From: Octopus vulgaris
Lineage: Eukaryota
Assembly (NCBI GenBank): GCA_951406725.2
Contig: OX597834.1
Span: 1,240,001-1,304,000 of the forward strand
Length of the DNA stretch: 64,000 nucleotides
Direction: 5' to 3'
A program made the translations under genes and the position numbers. A model generated the notes under the pieces. That model saw only the letters and a list, made by a program, of their open reading frames with translations, searched no databases and was not told the origin of the DNA. This document shows, piece after piece, positions 14,333-27,483 of this stretch. Each line of letters opens with the position of its first letter. The first letter of the stretch is position 1.

Positions 14333-14818
14333 GTATGTATGTATGTATGTACATACACATGATTGTGTACATACATTCACGTGCGCGCATACACATCAAT
14401 ACATGCAAATATTTTTTGGTTTGTGTGTGACATATTTATTTTTCAAAACATATCTGTATATAACTGAAAAATTCGAATAATGTTGTGAAATGTCTACAAC
14501 AACAAAAAATATAAATTTAAACTCAAGAAATACGTTTTATACATCTTTCTTATTATCGATATATTTTTTGTTTTGTACTTTTTTTCCCTTCTGTTCAATG
14601 TTTGTGGTAAAAATCAGTAAAAAATATTGTATTTGTGCTGACATAAAAATATGTCTACGGTATGGGTGACATGTCTTTTCTTAGAGATGTTGATGCCACA
14701 ATGATGACACGGCGAGCTATCTACTATGTATCGATACACATTTTAGATATACAATATCTACCTCGCTATCTATCCATCTCTTGAAATATCTATATACACA
14801 TACATGTATTTACTTACA

Positions 14819-14857
<39 letters not shown>

Positions 14858-15138
14858 TTATCTTTTTATCTATCTATATATATATAGATATATGCATGTC
14901 TCTTATCTTTTTGTCTCTCTTTCTATTCCAAGAATCTAAAATTTTAAATACCGACCAATGTAACCTTATTTCAATCTCCCCACTCTTCCTCCCCTTCTCT
15001 TTCCCTCCCTCTCTCTTTCCCTCTCTCTCTCTCCCTCTCTCTCCCCCTCACACACACATATATGAGTATGTATATATGTATATATATATATATTTATATG
15101 CATGCAGATATATACGTATATATATATTCGTATATGTG

Positions 15139-15181
<43 letters not shown>

Positions 15182-15188
15182 TATATAA

Positions 15189-15231
<43 letters not shown>

Positions 15232-15337
15232 CATATATATATATATATATATATGAATAAACATACATATATCCATACAAAGATATATATATATATATAT
15301 ATATATACATACATACATACATACATACATACATACA

Positions 15338-15369
<32 letters not shown>

Positions 15370-15661
15370 AGGTTATGAATTCATGTACAACATCCGCCGC
15401 AACAAATATTTATGGAAAAAAATCCATGCTCTCAATTGTGTATGAATATTCGTGTGTCTCTTGTATGCACGACTGTAAATTGTATACACCATAAGTGACA
15501 GCATACATGGTGTCATACATAGATCCACACACACACACACACGTACACACATATATGCCTGCTCCCATAAATGTATGCGTATATATATATATGTGTATAA
15601 CAATGTTCAAATGTATGTGTATTCACAAGTATGCGGGTATATATTCGTATATGCATATGTA

Positions 15662-15698
<37 letters not shown>

Positions 15699-16097
15699 AT
15701 TTGAATGTGCATGTGTATTCATTTGTAATTTATGTGTGAACATGAATGTGTGTGTGTATGCGTTTCAGCGAATATACGTATGTTCATAATCAGCTCCTTG
15801 AGCACATATTTATTTATGCACACACACACACGCGCACACACACACGCACACACACACACACACACACACATACAGATATTCATAGATAGAATTATATATA
15901 CACATACATATGATTTATCTAACTTTTTTCAATTTCCTTCGGATTATGTACTTATGGTTATTGATGTATATAAGAATAGAAGTTAAATACACATACATAC
16001 ATACATACACACATACATACATACATGCATACATACATGCATACATACATTACATATACATACATACAGTGATTCATGTATTCATATATTCCTGTGC

Positions 16098-16140
<43 letters not shown>

Positions 16141-16848
16141 TACATATACATAGATATCTATACACATATTTAAATATAAATATATGCGTATATCTGTATA
16201 TTTGTGCGCGTGTGTGGGCTCGTTCCTGTGTAAACTATCCGTATGCGAATGCGGAGGGTCGGGGTTGAGTTAATGCTGCGTGTGTCTGACATTGGGAGAA
16301 TGGAGAAACTTGCTCAAGTGCTATATCGTTGCCATATATGGTTATATCTTTGATAAGGAAGACGAGATCAACAAATAAGCTTTCGAAGCGTTCTTGTTTA
16401 TATTTTCCAAGTGATTCACGGCATACAGGCCACAACATCACTGCAAGATATGGCGTTAAGAACGAGCGAAAGTTCTACAGTTTGCCGTTGCTCTTGTTGT
16501 TGTTGATGTTTCCTGTTGCAACGTAGCTAGGATTACAATATTGTTTTTTTGTGCATCATTATTTACCATATTGATGCTGTAATTTTATTTCGATTTGGCT
16601 GTTATTTCTAGCTATTGGCGTGACCTGGCAATTAGTCATAAAAGTGGAGGTTTCCGAGAGCTTTGTGAAGGCTGCCATATTCAGGACGTGTTTAATCAAC
16701 GATAGCTACAGCTGGGCCAGAGAAGATGAGCCCCGAAATAAAAGGAAGATGGAGCTTTGCAGTTTTGATTGGAAGAAGAGAAGATAGTGGTGATGATGGC
16801 AGGTGTGGAGGTGAGGGTTGTGTTTGTGTGAGACTCGTTAAAAGAGGC

Positions 16849-16882
<34 letters not shown>

Positions 16883-17139
16883 GAGAGAGATTCTTGTTTT
16901 CGGTTAGAAGTTTATTGAACGGAACAACGATGGGGTGAGGTTCATGGCTTTCAGGAAGACTCTTGTAGTAGTAAATGAAAGTTGATATTTGGAATCTGTT
17001 TATTGGAATAACGGAGGAGAGAGAAATATTAGGGGGAGAGAGAGAGAGAGAAGGGAAGAGAGAAAAGGAGAGAGGTTCCTTGGTTTGTGGTAAATTGTTA
17101 TTACTTTTTCAAAGGTTGACTAAGGCGGTCTGCTGGAAG

Positions 17140-17310
17140 AATCGTTTGCGCGCCGAATAAAAAGCTTAGCGGCGTTTCGTTCGTCTTTAGCATCTGACTT
17201 TAAATTCGGCCGAAGTCGACTTACCTTTCATCCTTCGAGGATCGATAAATAAGTACCAGTTGCATACTGGGGTCTATGTAATCGACAAGCTCCTTTCCCC
17301 ATAAAATTTT
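17140..17310 (+). mobile_element. tRNA-derived SINE (family with ttcatcctt-gtcgataaa-aagtaccag core)
   Basis: gcttagcggcgtttcg...aaattcggccgaagtcgacttacctttcatccttcgaggatcgataaataagtaccagttgcatactgggg; the same motif recurs at several sites in the window. Confidence 0.85.
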
Positions 17311-18028
17311 AAGTTGTTGAAAGAACGTCCGTTAAAGCAATTACAGCGAAAGATGGCCGGGATGAAGACAGATTCGGGAAGGGGGCGAATGTAACCCGAA
17401 ATAAATCCCATTCGATCAAGACATTACTATCTTCGATCTAAAAATATTCAGAGTAATCGATAATCTAAGTATTTGCTTCGTTTTAGGCGATATTTACACA
17501 TAATTTTATTGCAGTGCAGTGAGCCGTTGTTACGAGCAGACAGTCCTTGTAACGGATATCTTCGGAAATATCTCTACAAAGTTTGGCCATCGAATTCCAT
17601 TGTTTTTCACTGATTTCTTATAAGATGTCCATTCATTGAGGCTGACAATGATATCTTCATTTGGTTTCTCATTAACAAACGATGTGTATACGCATTATGG
17701 TTGAAGAAGTGGAAATACTGTGCACCTGGAAAGGTTGCCAAGTTCTGTGCAGAGTTATCTTTTCTTTGTAAAGAATCACGTCATAGGAAACAGGAAATAT
17801 AGAGTGCCATGGCTTGGGCACATCCTTGATGTTGGAACCGACTTGCATCTCTTCCACACTCTCTTTCTCTCTCTCTCTCTCTTTCTCTTTCCTTCTCTCT
17901 CTCTCTCTGTCTTTCTCTCTCTTTCTCACACACATACACACATGTACATAGATAGGTAGACAGATAGATTAATAAATCGACAGATAGATAGATAGATAGA
18001 TAGACAGACAGACATATATATATATATA

Positions 18029-18061
<33 letters not shown>

Positions 18062-18082
18062 GTACATACATACAAACATACA

Positions 18083-18116
<34 letters not shown>

Positions 18117-18257
18117 CATATATGTACACATGTGTGTGGATATATTTGTGTGCAAATCTCTCTCTCTCTCTCTCTCTCCCTCTCTCTTTATATATGTATA
18201 TATATATATAAAATGCTTGAGATATAGAGAGAAAGATAGTGACAGATGTATAAGTGT

Positions 18258-18725
18258 TTAGATAGATCTTTTATGGCAATATCTGCTTATGTTAATATAT
18301 GAGTGTTTAGGTGAGGCTGAAAACACTTGGAAATATTCAAGATGAATCGAATGATAGAGGAATGTGTGGGGAGAAATGAGGGAGAGGGTGGGTTCTGTAT
18401 GAAATGAGTGGAAGAGAGTGAAATATTGGTTAAAGCAGAATGGGGAGAGAAAGAGAGGAGAGAAAGAGAGAGAGAGAAAAGAAGGGAGTTGAAGTTGAGA
18501 GAGATATGTGGAAGAAGAAGGAGAAAGGAAAATAAGGAGAGAAGGGAGAGAAGTCCTAAGAATTAAGAGAGATTGATGATATAAAACCAGATTTAAAATT
18601 AAAAAAACAGAAGGCAATATGGCCGACCATGATGAATCAATTGTAAATTGAGTAAACGATTTGATTTCACTGTCACAACGGATAAGTTTAGCTGTGACTT
18701 GAAAAAAGCTGATTTCGCTTGACAC
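18258..18725 (-). mobile_element. Possible Penelope-like ORF N-terminal remnant
   Basis: FFQVTAKLIRCDSEIKSF...ILPSVF.LNL followed by an L/S-rich tract resembles PLE ORF N-termini; weak similarity only. Confidence 0.35.
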
Positions 18726-18797
18726 ATGTCAGCTCCATCAAACACACATCATTGGAAAGTATACAAGAAGGAAAGTGGTGTAGCAGCGGCAGCAGCA

Positions 18798-18810
18798 GTA
18801 CTACTACTAC

Positions 18811-18876
<66 letters not shown>

Positions 18877-18898
18877 CAGCAGCAGCAGCAGCTTCAGC

Positions 18899-18969
<71 letters not shown>

Positions 18970-18990
18970 AAGTAATAGTAGTAGTAGATA
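18798..18990. repeat. (AGT)n/(AGC)n trinucleotide microsatellite
   Basis: Direct reading. Confidence 0.97.
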
Positions 18991-19026
18991 AGTTGATATT
19001 ATGTATGATGGCGAAGTGGATAGTCA

Positions 19027-19060
<34 letters not shown>

Positions 19061-19346
19061 CATACAATCAACATCAATGTGTGTTTACAGAGTCAGAAAC
19101 ATGAAAGAAAATGTCAGTTAAAGATGACGACTTGTTTTCAGCTGTATTTTTGTGTTTTCCTTTTTAAAGAGTTTACGTCAATGTTTTTTGTGAAAAGTTA
19201 ATATTTCTAATCCGGTGATTCAGTTTTCTCTGCTTTGGTGGTTGTTATAACATTACTGCGACTATTTCTTTCTACCGATACAATTAAATGATGATACTTT
19301 ACCGATATCTATATTAAAGTGCATAATACTTACAGACGAATATACG

Positions 19347-19382
<36 letters not shown>

Positions 19383-20092
19383 CATACATAATGAAAACCG
19401 AGGTACATGATTCCATTATTGTGATACACCCGGTATTACATGTGTTCGTGTGTGTGTGTGTGTCCTGCTTATGTATATATGTTGTCTTGCGTCAGCAAAG
19501 CTTGTATTATTTGCTAAAATTGACAGAGTTCAGTGAACTTGTAGTGAGGATTGAAAAATTCAACGCTTGTGGCAGTCTCCTTCTTCAGAGAAAAGTGAAG
19601 AGGGGAGAAATTAATGAGGAGCAGCAGTAATTTCTATCCACTAAGTTACAAAACAAACCGACTACAACTGATAAGAAACATAGGTCAACAGATGCTTCAT
19701 ACATGAAGGGGAGGTGGTGGGAGAGCGGGAGATGGGAAGAGAGATGGAATGAGGCGGAGAAACAGACGAGTGAGGTGATGATGAGATGAGAGAAGTTGAT
19801 GGACAAGAAAGGGCTTTAATGATCTAAATTTGTGAGAAGAGAAGGGAAAAAAATTCGGTGCCAACTTCGAATATGAAAGATTTCTCTATAGTTTCCCTTA
19901 AGAATGTGAACCCATGGTGTCCAGCGATGCTACACACTGATAAATAAGTGATGGAGTTGCCTGTTGAAGTGGATGGTGATAGGGTGGCCTAGAATACGGA
20001 TTTGTATTCTTCAAATGCAATTCAATATCGTAATTGTTTCACAGTGATCGCTTGCACCTGGTTATGTATATCGTATGTTTTCTTTATCTAAA

Positions 20093-20432
20093 TTTAGGAG
20101 GGGAACGGAGAGTGTTGAAGATGACCCAATTTCTGGACATCCTGCAACTGCCACCACCGAGGACAATATTGATGATTGTCACCATATGGCGATGGGTGAC
20201 GAGTGATTGGCTATAAATCAAATAGCCAATGCTATTAGCTTATCCTGTGAGAAAGTTGAGAATATCCTGCACAATAAACTTGGTATAACGGAGATTTCTA
20301 TTCGGTGGGTGCCGAGTCTTCTGGCACCTGATCAAGAGCGCACAAGGCTGATTACAAAGCAGGACAATGTGACAATGGAAACGAAGCACATCTATAGAAG
20401 AAATCTGTGGAGCACAAAGAGGACGATGTTGA
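20093..20432 (+). mobile_element. Tc1/mariner transposase remnant (internally deleted)
   Basis: FRRGTESVEDDPISGHPATATTEDNID...*LAINQIANAISLSCEKVENILHNKLGITEISIRWVPSLLAPDQ: mariner HTH region with DDPRSGRP-like and WVPxxL motifs, one in-frame stop; no DD34D core visible. Confidence 0.88.
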
Positions 20433-20805
20433 TGAAAAGGAGGACTATGTGCAGAAAGCTAGAAACCATATAGCACCAATATCTCTCCTGGGCCTGCCAT
20501 TAGAACAAGTTTCAGCTAGAAAGCTAGAAAGATATAAATGCGTCTCGACCGATGGATTCTAACGTGTATAGGGATCCATGGGTTTTGAAAGAACCTACGT
20601 TGTCGAGAATCCTTAAAGTGCAAACGGACCCTAGTTATCTATTTGTAAATACCTCACGATATCTCTAGTTAAGTGTATCATCATGTTTCTAAATTGAAAT
20701 AATACTAAATTGATGAAAATTATCAATAAGGGTGTCATGTACTTTAAACAGAGAGAGAGAGAGAGGGAGATAGAAAGAGGGAGAGAGACAGACAGACAGA
20801 CAGAT

Positions 20806-21410
20806 CAGGTGTGGAGGTCATTGACCCATTGATAGCCATTGGAAAATATGATATTTAACTCAACTGCTCTCGGCTCTTTCAACAAAGCCCACTCGTTGCT
20901 CAAACCCCGACAAGAAACATGGAAATGAATTGCGAACACACTACGTCCTCGCTTTGATTGTTTCTCGTCGACGTTAAACAAATAAGCAGAGCCAGCAATC
21001 GCGTGATGTCCATTCAATATCTGCCTCGTCTCGTGCAACAAGCTTTTTAACCTTCTCTCAAGACAGTGAGAAGGAAAACAAAACGCTTCGCTCTCATTAC
21101 GAGGAAATAGCTACAAGGGGAAGCGGCATAATTGGATACTTGGCCAAAGAGAGTCTTTCCTCAATAACATTTCGACAGCGTCGTTATCATAATGGAAATT
21201 TAATGAAATAAAAAGAGGGGAGGGGAAAAAATTTGAAATGCCAAGGGGCTTTTTGCAGCGAACAGAAAATTATCAGATCTGTTGTTTATTGTGTTGGCTC
21301 GCTGATGGAATATTATTAAACGATGGAGAGAGAAATCATTTTTATCGAAGTAATACTACACGATAATTTAATTACTTCCGTAATTGCAGGCCTAATAGCA
21401 TCATGTACGG
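20806..21410. promoter_or_regulatory. Candidate cis-regulatory element
   Basis: Non-repetitive block with CAGGTG (20806), IR1 AGGTCAtTGACCC (20815-20827), AACAAAG (20881), CTTTGAT (20952), TAAACAAATA (20975); motif-only evidence. Confidence 0.35.
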
Positions 21411-21779
21411 TGGTGTCATGTGCATGTGAGTGCTTGCGCACGCGCGTGCACACGTGTGTGTATGTGTGTGTGCGTGTGTGTGAAAGGTTGTTGTAGGAGG
21501 GAAAGCAATAGATAAAGCTCCCCATACGTACGCGTGTGTGTATGTGTGTATGTATATGGTATATGTGTATATATATATATATATGAACGTGCGTGTGATA
21601 GGCGGGAAATGGACACGAGAGAATTAAGAATGTTCCATTCTGAGAAGAGTTGTGCTTCAATATGAATTGTCTTTCGTGACACAACTTGCAACAATTCCAT
21701 AGAAAAAATTTAACGAAAACAAACAGAATTTACTTACAGAAATAGGTACATGTGTGTGTGTATGTCTGTGTGTGTGTGT

Positions 21780-21873
<94 letters not shown>

Positions 21874-21974
21874 TGGTGTATATGTGTGAAGACGTTTCAG
21901 TTCGAAGGTGTAGGTGTGTGTGTATGTGTGGGCGGTATGTATCTGGAAATGCTGACTTATAGTTTTGTATAATA

Positions 21975-22065
21975 TGCTTTGGAATATTAGATTCGGCTCA
22001 CTGCGTTCAAGTCTGCATCGCACCAAGGTCAACTTGGCCTTTCTTATCATTTTTCGGTCGATAAT
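21975..22065 (+). mobile_element. Degenerate SINE fragment
   Basis: ctgcgttcaag...cgcaccaaggtcaacttggcctttc...tcggtcgataa resembles the SINE at 17140. Confidence 0.55.
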
Positions 22066-22423
22066 TGAAGAATCAGGTAAAGGCAGAGAATGTCACGTAG
22101 TATGTGTCAGAGCTGTTAGACTTCTGAGTTAAAAATTACGCTTAGAGATTTAAATATGCCAATTTCGAAGTCCGTTCTTTATAACATCGGTCACCTCAGT
22201 CATATGAACTATCAAAGGCGCACTACCATGAAATTTGACGACTCTGAAATGTAAATCCGCGCCGAAACTACGCTGAGTTTGGTTTCCATGGCTGATGAGA
22301 CATCACATGTTTTATTTGTTCTGTTATTTGTTTTTTATTCCACTTCAATCTGCATACAAATATAGATCCATACTTATGCACACACACACACGCACGCACA
22401 CACACACACACACACACACACAA

Positions 22424-22517
<94 letters not shown>

Positions 22518-22601
22518 GTAATTAGGATAAAGTCATTATTTAATGATTTATCAGTGGCCAGCATACTAAAACTACCATAATGGCTAATTTATATTAAAAT
22601 T

Positions 22602-22933
22602 ATAAGGTTGTTGAATGATCACTACACTAGTCTGTTAGAAATAGATCCCAAATGGTTTAGGATTACGTGCAAAATGCATGTACATTATTTGCGCTTATGG
22701 CGGTATGTATAAAGTATTTTTCATTCATTTACGTACGGATGATTGGAGAGTGTTTCTAATAACTCGAACCGTGACATCGACAGATATGGTACTATCCAAA
22801 ATATTTTATAAATCCTCGCTGTCTATTTTCCTCGCTTACAAACTTGTGTTTTGGAGTAATAATCTAAGTGGTTCCTAGACCATTTGGGGTCTATTTCTAG
22901 TAGACTAGTGTTGTAATCTTTCAACACCCTTAT
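22602..22933. mobile_element. MITE-like element with ~61-bp terminal inverted repeats
   Basis: 22602-22662 ataaggttgttgaatgatcactacactagtctgttagaaatagatcccaaatggtttagga versus reverse complement of 22873-22933 ataagggtgttgaaagattacaacactagtctactagaaatagaccccaaatggtctagga: ungapped, about 85% identical. Confidence 0.75.
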
Positions 22934-23297
22934 GATAATTTATATATATATATACACACTTATACATACGTACATACGCGCAATCATATATACATACATA
23001 TTTGTGCAGATACAAATATAGACAGATATAGCGATGCTGCATTTTTAACCAACACAATCTATAGACGCATGGCGGTATATCCACTTACTCCTAACATGTT
23101 CGCTGAAAGAAGCATAAAATGAATCAAGATGGCGCTGCTTTACCCATAAGGCCCTTGTACGGAGACGCTATGTCCGATACGATTTGTCGAACGAAATGTT
23201 TCTCTAAGTTCTCCGATCATAACTGTGTACCTTCACAAAGTTGCCCGAACGTTTTCGCATATGATAGAATACAACCGCCCTTGCTTTTTTTGTTTCT

Positions 23298-23362
23298 ATA
23301 TTTTATTCTGATGAATCTTTCTTGCGGACGAAACCAGATTTGGACTGGTCTGGGTTAAATAT
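23298..23362 (+). ncRNA. Type I hammerhead-like motif with stable stem III
   Basis: CTGATGA (23308-23314)-atct(ttcttgc)ggac-GAA-A-ccag(atttgga)ctgg-T-C (GUC at 23348-23350); stems I and II partly decayed. Confidence 0.6.
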
Positions 23363-24342
23363 CAACATTGACTTCTGATATATATTTCCTTATACTTTTA
23401 AGTCACGAAGTTGCTCCATATTCAATACATGCAAACAAACACCCATGCAGATATTTATGTGCAAATACACACACATACTCATACATACATACATGCATAC
23501 ATACATGCATACATACATACATGCATACATGCATACATACATACATACACACACACACGCACACACATACTCTTACATGCATACATACATAATTCTTGGC
23601 TTTCCTTTTCATATCTACGAAATCGTTTCATCTCTTCTCAGAGAAAATATAAAGACAATCGATAAAATAATAAAACACAAATCGCTGTTGTCCTTCCACC
23701 CAACGATTTTGTATGACCCTCGTACTGCTTGGTGTATCATCTGTGCGTTTATGTGCATGCGTGCGTGTGCGCGTATGTGTGTGTGTCTGCATGCGTGTGT
23801 GTGTCTGCATGTGTGTGTGTCTGCATGTGTGTGTGTCTGCATGTGTGTGTGTGTGTGTGTGTTTCATTGTTCTGTTTCATTCTTGATTGTGTTTCAGAAT
23901 GTTAGCCATTGTGTTAGTTTAGTGAGTAAACTCTAACAACACCTGCTATTTACGAGCGATTTACCGAGAAATACAAACCCTTTTCATGTTACCAGTTTTA
24001 ACAGCAACATCATTTCTGTAACGACTTCACTCACCAACACTAAACGCAGTTGATTGAATATTTTAACAACATTGTTCGGCAGCCATTTTCTATGGAAATA
24101 TGGATTGTTTTTTTTTTTCAATACAACAACCACAACAACAACAAAGAGAACCAAATGAAAGCTACAGTGGTGGTCTTCATTATGATATCCGATCTATATT
24201 CCAGAAGAAAGGTGTTTAATGGCATTATTATATTGACGAGATCGGTCAGGCGTAGGATTATGTTTCTCACTGATGCCTGAAGTCAAGGCTGTTGCTAAGA
24301 TATTGGATTTCTTTTTACTTTAAACATTATTGTAATTGTTAA

Positions 24343-24610
24343 GGCGGTAAGATGGCAGAATGGTTAGCCTGTCGGACAAAATGCTTGGCGACATTTGGTC
24401 TGAGTTCAAATTCCGTGGAGGTTGACTTTTCTTTTCGAGGCTAATAACATATGCGGCAGAGGGCGCCGGTGTCGATGCAATCCTCTTGGCCCCTTCTCCG
24501 AACTTACTGGCCTTGAAATCAATATTGGCGTAATTGTTAAGGTGGCAAGCTGGTAGAATGGTTACCACGCCGAAGAAAATGCTTAGCAGCATTTCGTCCG
24601 TACTTATGTT
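24343..24610 (+). mobile_element. Two SINE copies in tandem
   Basis: Two heads ggcggtaagatggcagaatggttagc (24343) and ggtggcaagctggtagaatggttacc (24541), each preceded by gtaattgttaa. Confidence 0.8.
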
Positions 24611-24841
24611 CGGCTTTTCCTTTATTTTTAAGATTCTAAGTTGAGGCTTGGCTGCCATTTCTTGTAGACGTGCGGCCATCTTTGCGTGCCGCTGCACTAA
24701 TTTATGGGGACACAACATAAGCAACACTGGTCTAAAATATATTAACATAAATCCCACCATACACACACATGCACACACACGCATACAAACGCATATCTGT
24801 ATGTATTTCTATGTATACATGTATGTATGTGTCGATGCATG

Positions 24842-25080
24842 AAGGTGCGTGGTTTAGCGGTTAGAGTATAAGGTCGTGAGTTCGATCTCTCGCGATGCGT
24901 TTAGTCCTTAAGCAAGACACTTTATTTGACGTTATTCCATTCTGTGTCATGCGGAATCACCCTGAGAACTATGTTAAGGGTACGCATGTCTGTGGGGTGC
25001 TCATCCACTTGCACGTTAATTTCACGAGCAGCCTGTTCCGTTGATCGGATCAACTGGAACCCTTGTCGCCATAACCGACT
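24842..25080 (+). mobile_element. tRNA-derived SINE (second family)
   Basis: A-box-like tggtttagcgg, B-box-like gagttcgatct, then ccttaagcaagacactt and a body ending in gttccgttgatcggatcaactggaaccc. Confidence 0.75.
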
Positions 25081-25103
25081 TAATGCCATTTTTTTATGTG
25101 TTG

Positions 25104-27483
25104 ATGTATGTATGTATGTATGTATGTATGTATGTATGTATGCTATGTATGTATGTATGTATGTATGTATGTATGGATGTATGTATGCTATGTATGTATG
25201 TATGTATGTATGTATGTATGTATGTATGTATGTATGTATGTATGTATGTATTATGTATGTATGTATGTATGTATGTATGTATGTATGTATGTATGTATGT
25301 ATGTATGTATGTATGTATGTATGTATGTATGTATGTATGTATGTATGAATGTATGTATGCTATGTATGTATGTATGTATGTATGTATGTATGTATGTATG
25401 TATGTATGTATGTATGTATGTATTATGTATGTATGTATGTATGTATGTATGTATGTATGTATGTATGTATGTATGTATGTATGTATGTATGTATGTATGT
25501 ATGTATGTATGAATGTATGTATGCTATGTATGTATGTATGTATGTATGTATGTATGTATGTATGTATGTATGTATGTATGTATGTATTATGTATGTATGA
25601 ATGTATGTATGCTATGTATGTATGTATGTATGTATTATGTATGTATGTATGTATGTATTATGTATGTATGTATGTATTATGTATGTATGTATGTATGTAT
25701 GTATGTATTATGTATGTATGAATGTATGTATGCTATGTATGTATGTATGTATGTATGTATGTATGTATGTATGTATGTATGTATGTATGTATGTATGTAT
25801 GTATGTATGTATGTATTATGTATGTATGAATGTATGTATGTATTATGTATGTATGTATGTATGTATGTATGTATTATGTATGTATGAATGTATGTATGCT
25901 ATGTATGTATGTATGTATGTATTATGTATGTATGTATGTATGTATGTATTATGTATGTATGTATGTATTATGTATGTATGTATGTATGTATGTATGTATT
26001 ATGTATGTATGAATGTATGTATGCTATGTATGTATGTATGTATGTATTATGTATGTATGTATGTATGTATGTATGTATGTATGTATGTATTATGTATGTA
26101 TGTATGTATGTATTATGTATGTATGTATGTATGTATGTATGTATGTATGTATGTATGTATGTATGTATGTATGTATGTATGTATGTATGTATGTATGTAT
26201 GTATGTATGTATGTATGTATGTATGTATGTATGTATGTATGTATGTATGTATGTATGTATGTATGTATTATGTATGTATGTATGTATGTATGTATGTATG
26301 TATGTATGTATGTATGTATGTATGTATGTATTATGTATGTATGTATGTATGTATGTATGTATGTATGTATGTATGTATGTATGTATGTATGTATGTATGT
26401 ATGTATGTATGTATGTATGTATGTATGTATGTATGTATGTATGTATGTATGTATGTATGTATGTATGTATGTATGTATTATGTATGTATGTATGTATGTA
26501 TGTATGTATGTATGTATGTATGTATGTATGTATGTATGTATGTATGTATGTATGTATGTATGTATGTATGTATGTATGTATGTATGTATGTATGTATGTA
26601 TGTATGTATGTATGTATGTATGTATGTATGTATGTATGTATGTATGTATGTATGTATGTATGTATGTATGTATGTATGTATGTATGTATGTATGTATGTA
26701 TGTATGTATGTATGTATGTATGTATGTATGTATGTATGTATGTATGTATGTATGTATGTATGTATGTATGTATGTATGTATGTATGTATGTATGTATGTA
26801 TGTATGTATGTATGTATGTATGTATGTATGTATGTATGTATGTATGTATGTATGTATGTATGTATGTATGTATGTATGTATGTATGTATGTATGTATGTA
26901 TGTATGTATGTATGTATGTATGTATGTATGTATGTATGTATGTATGTATGTATGTATGTATGTATGTATGTATGTATGTATGTATGTATGTATGTATGTA
27001 TGTATGTATGTATGTATGTATGTATGTATGTATGTATGTATGTATGTATGTATGTATGTATGTATGTATGTATGTATGTATGTATGTATGTATGTATGTA
27101 TGTATGTATGTATGTATGTATGTATGTATGTATGTATGTATGTATGTATGTATGTATGTATGTATGTATGTATGTATGTATGTATGTATGTATGTATGTA
27201 TGTATGTATGTATGTATGTATGTATGTATGTATGTATGTATGTATGTATGTATGTATGTATGTATGTATGTATGTATGTATGTATGTATGTATGTATGTA
27301 TGTATGTATGTATTATGTATGTATGTATGTATGTATGTATGTATGTATGTATGTATGTATGTATGTATGCTATGTATGTATGTATGTATGTATGTATGTA
27401 TGTATGTATTATGTATGTATGTATGTATGTATGTATGTATGTATGTATGTATGTATGTATGTATGTATGTATGTATGCTATGT
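25104..27483. repeat. ~2.4-kb (ATGT)n array with recurring variant units
   Basis: Direct reading; source of the long MYVC ORF artefacts. Confidence 0.98.

Noticed and set aside
16225-16285. tccgta..tgcggaggg hairpin resembling a twister ribozyme 3' end
   Set aside because: Lacks the P4 and pseudoknot segment required for twister
18719-19121. Poly-Ser/Val/Thr ORFs
   Set aside because: (AGT)n microsatellite
22262-22312. GAAA...CTGATGA arrangement suggesting a permuted hammerhead
   Set aside because: Stems I and II cannot be formed in register
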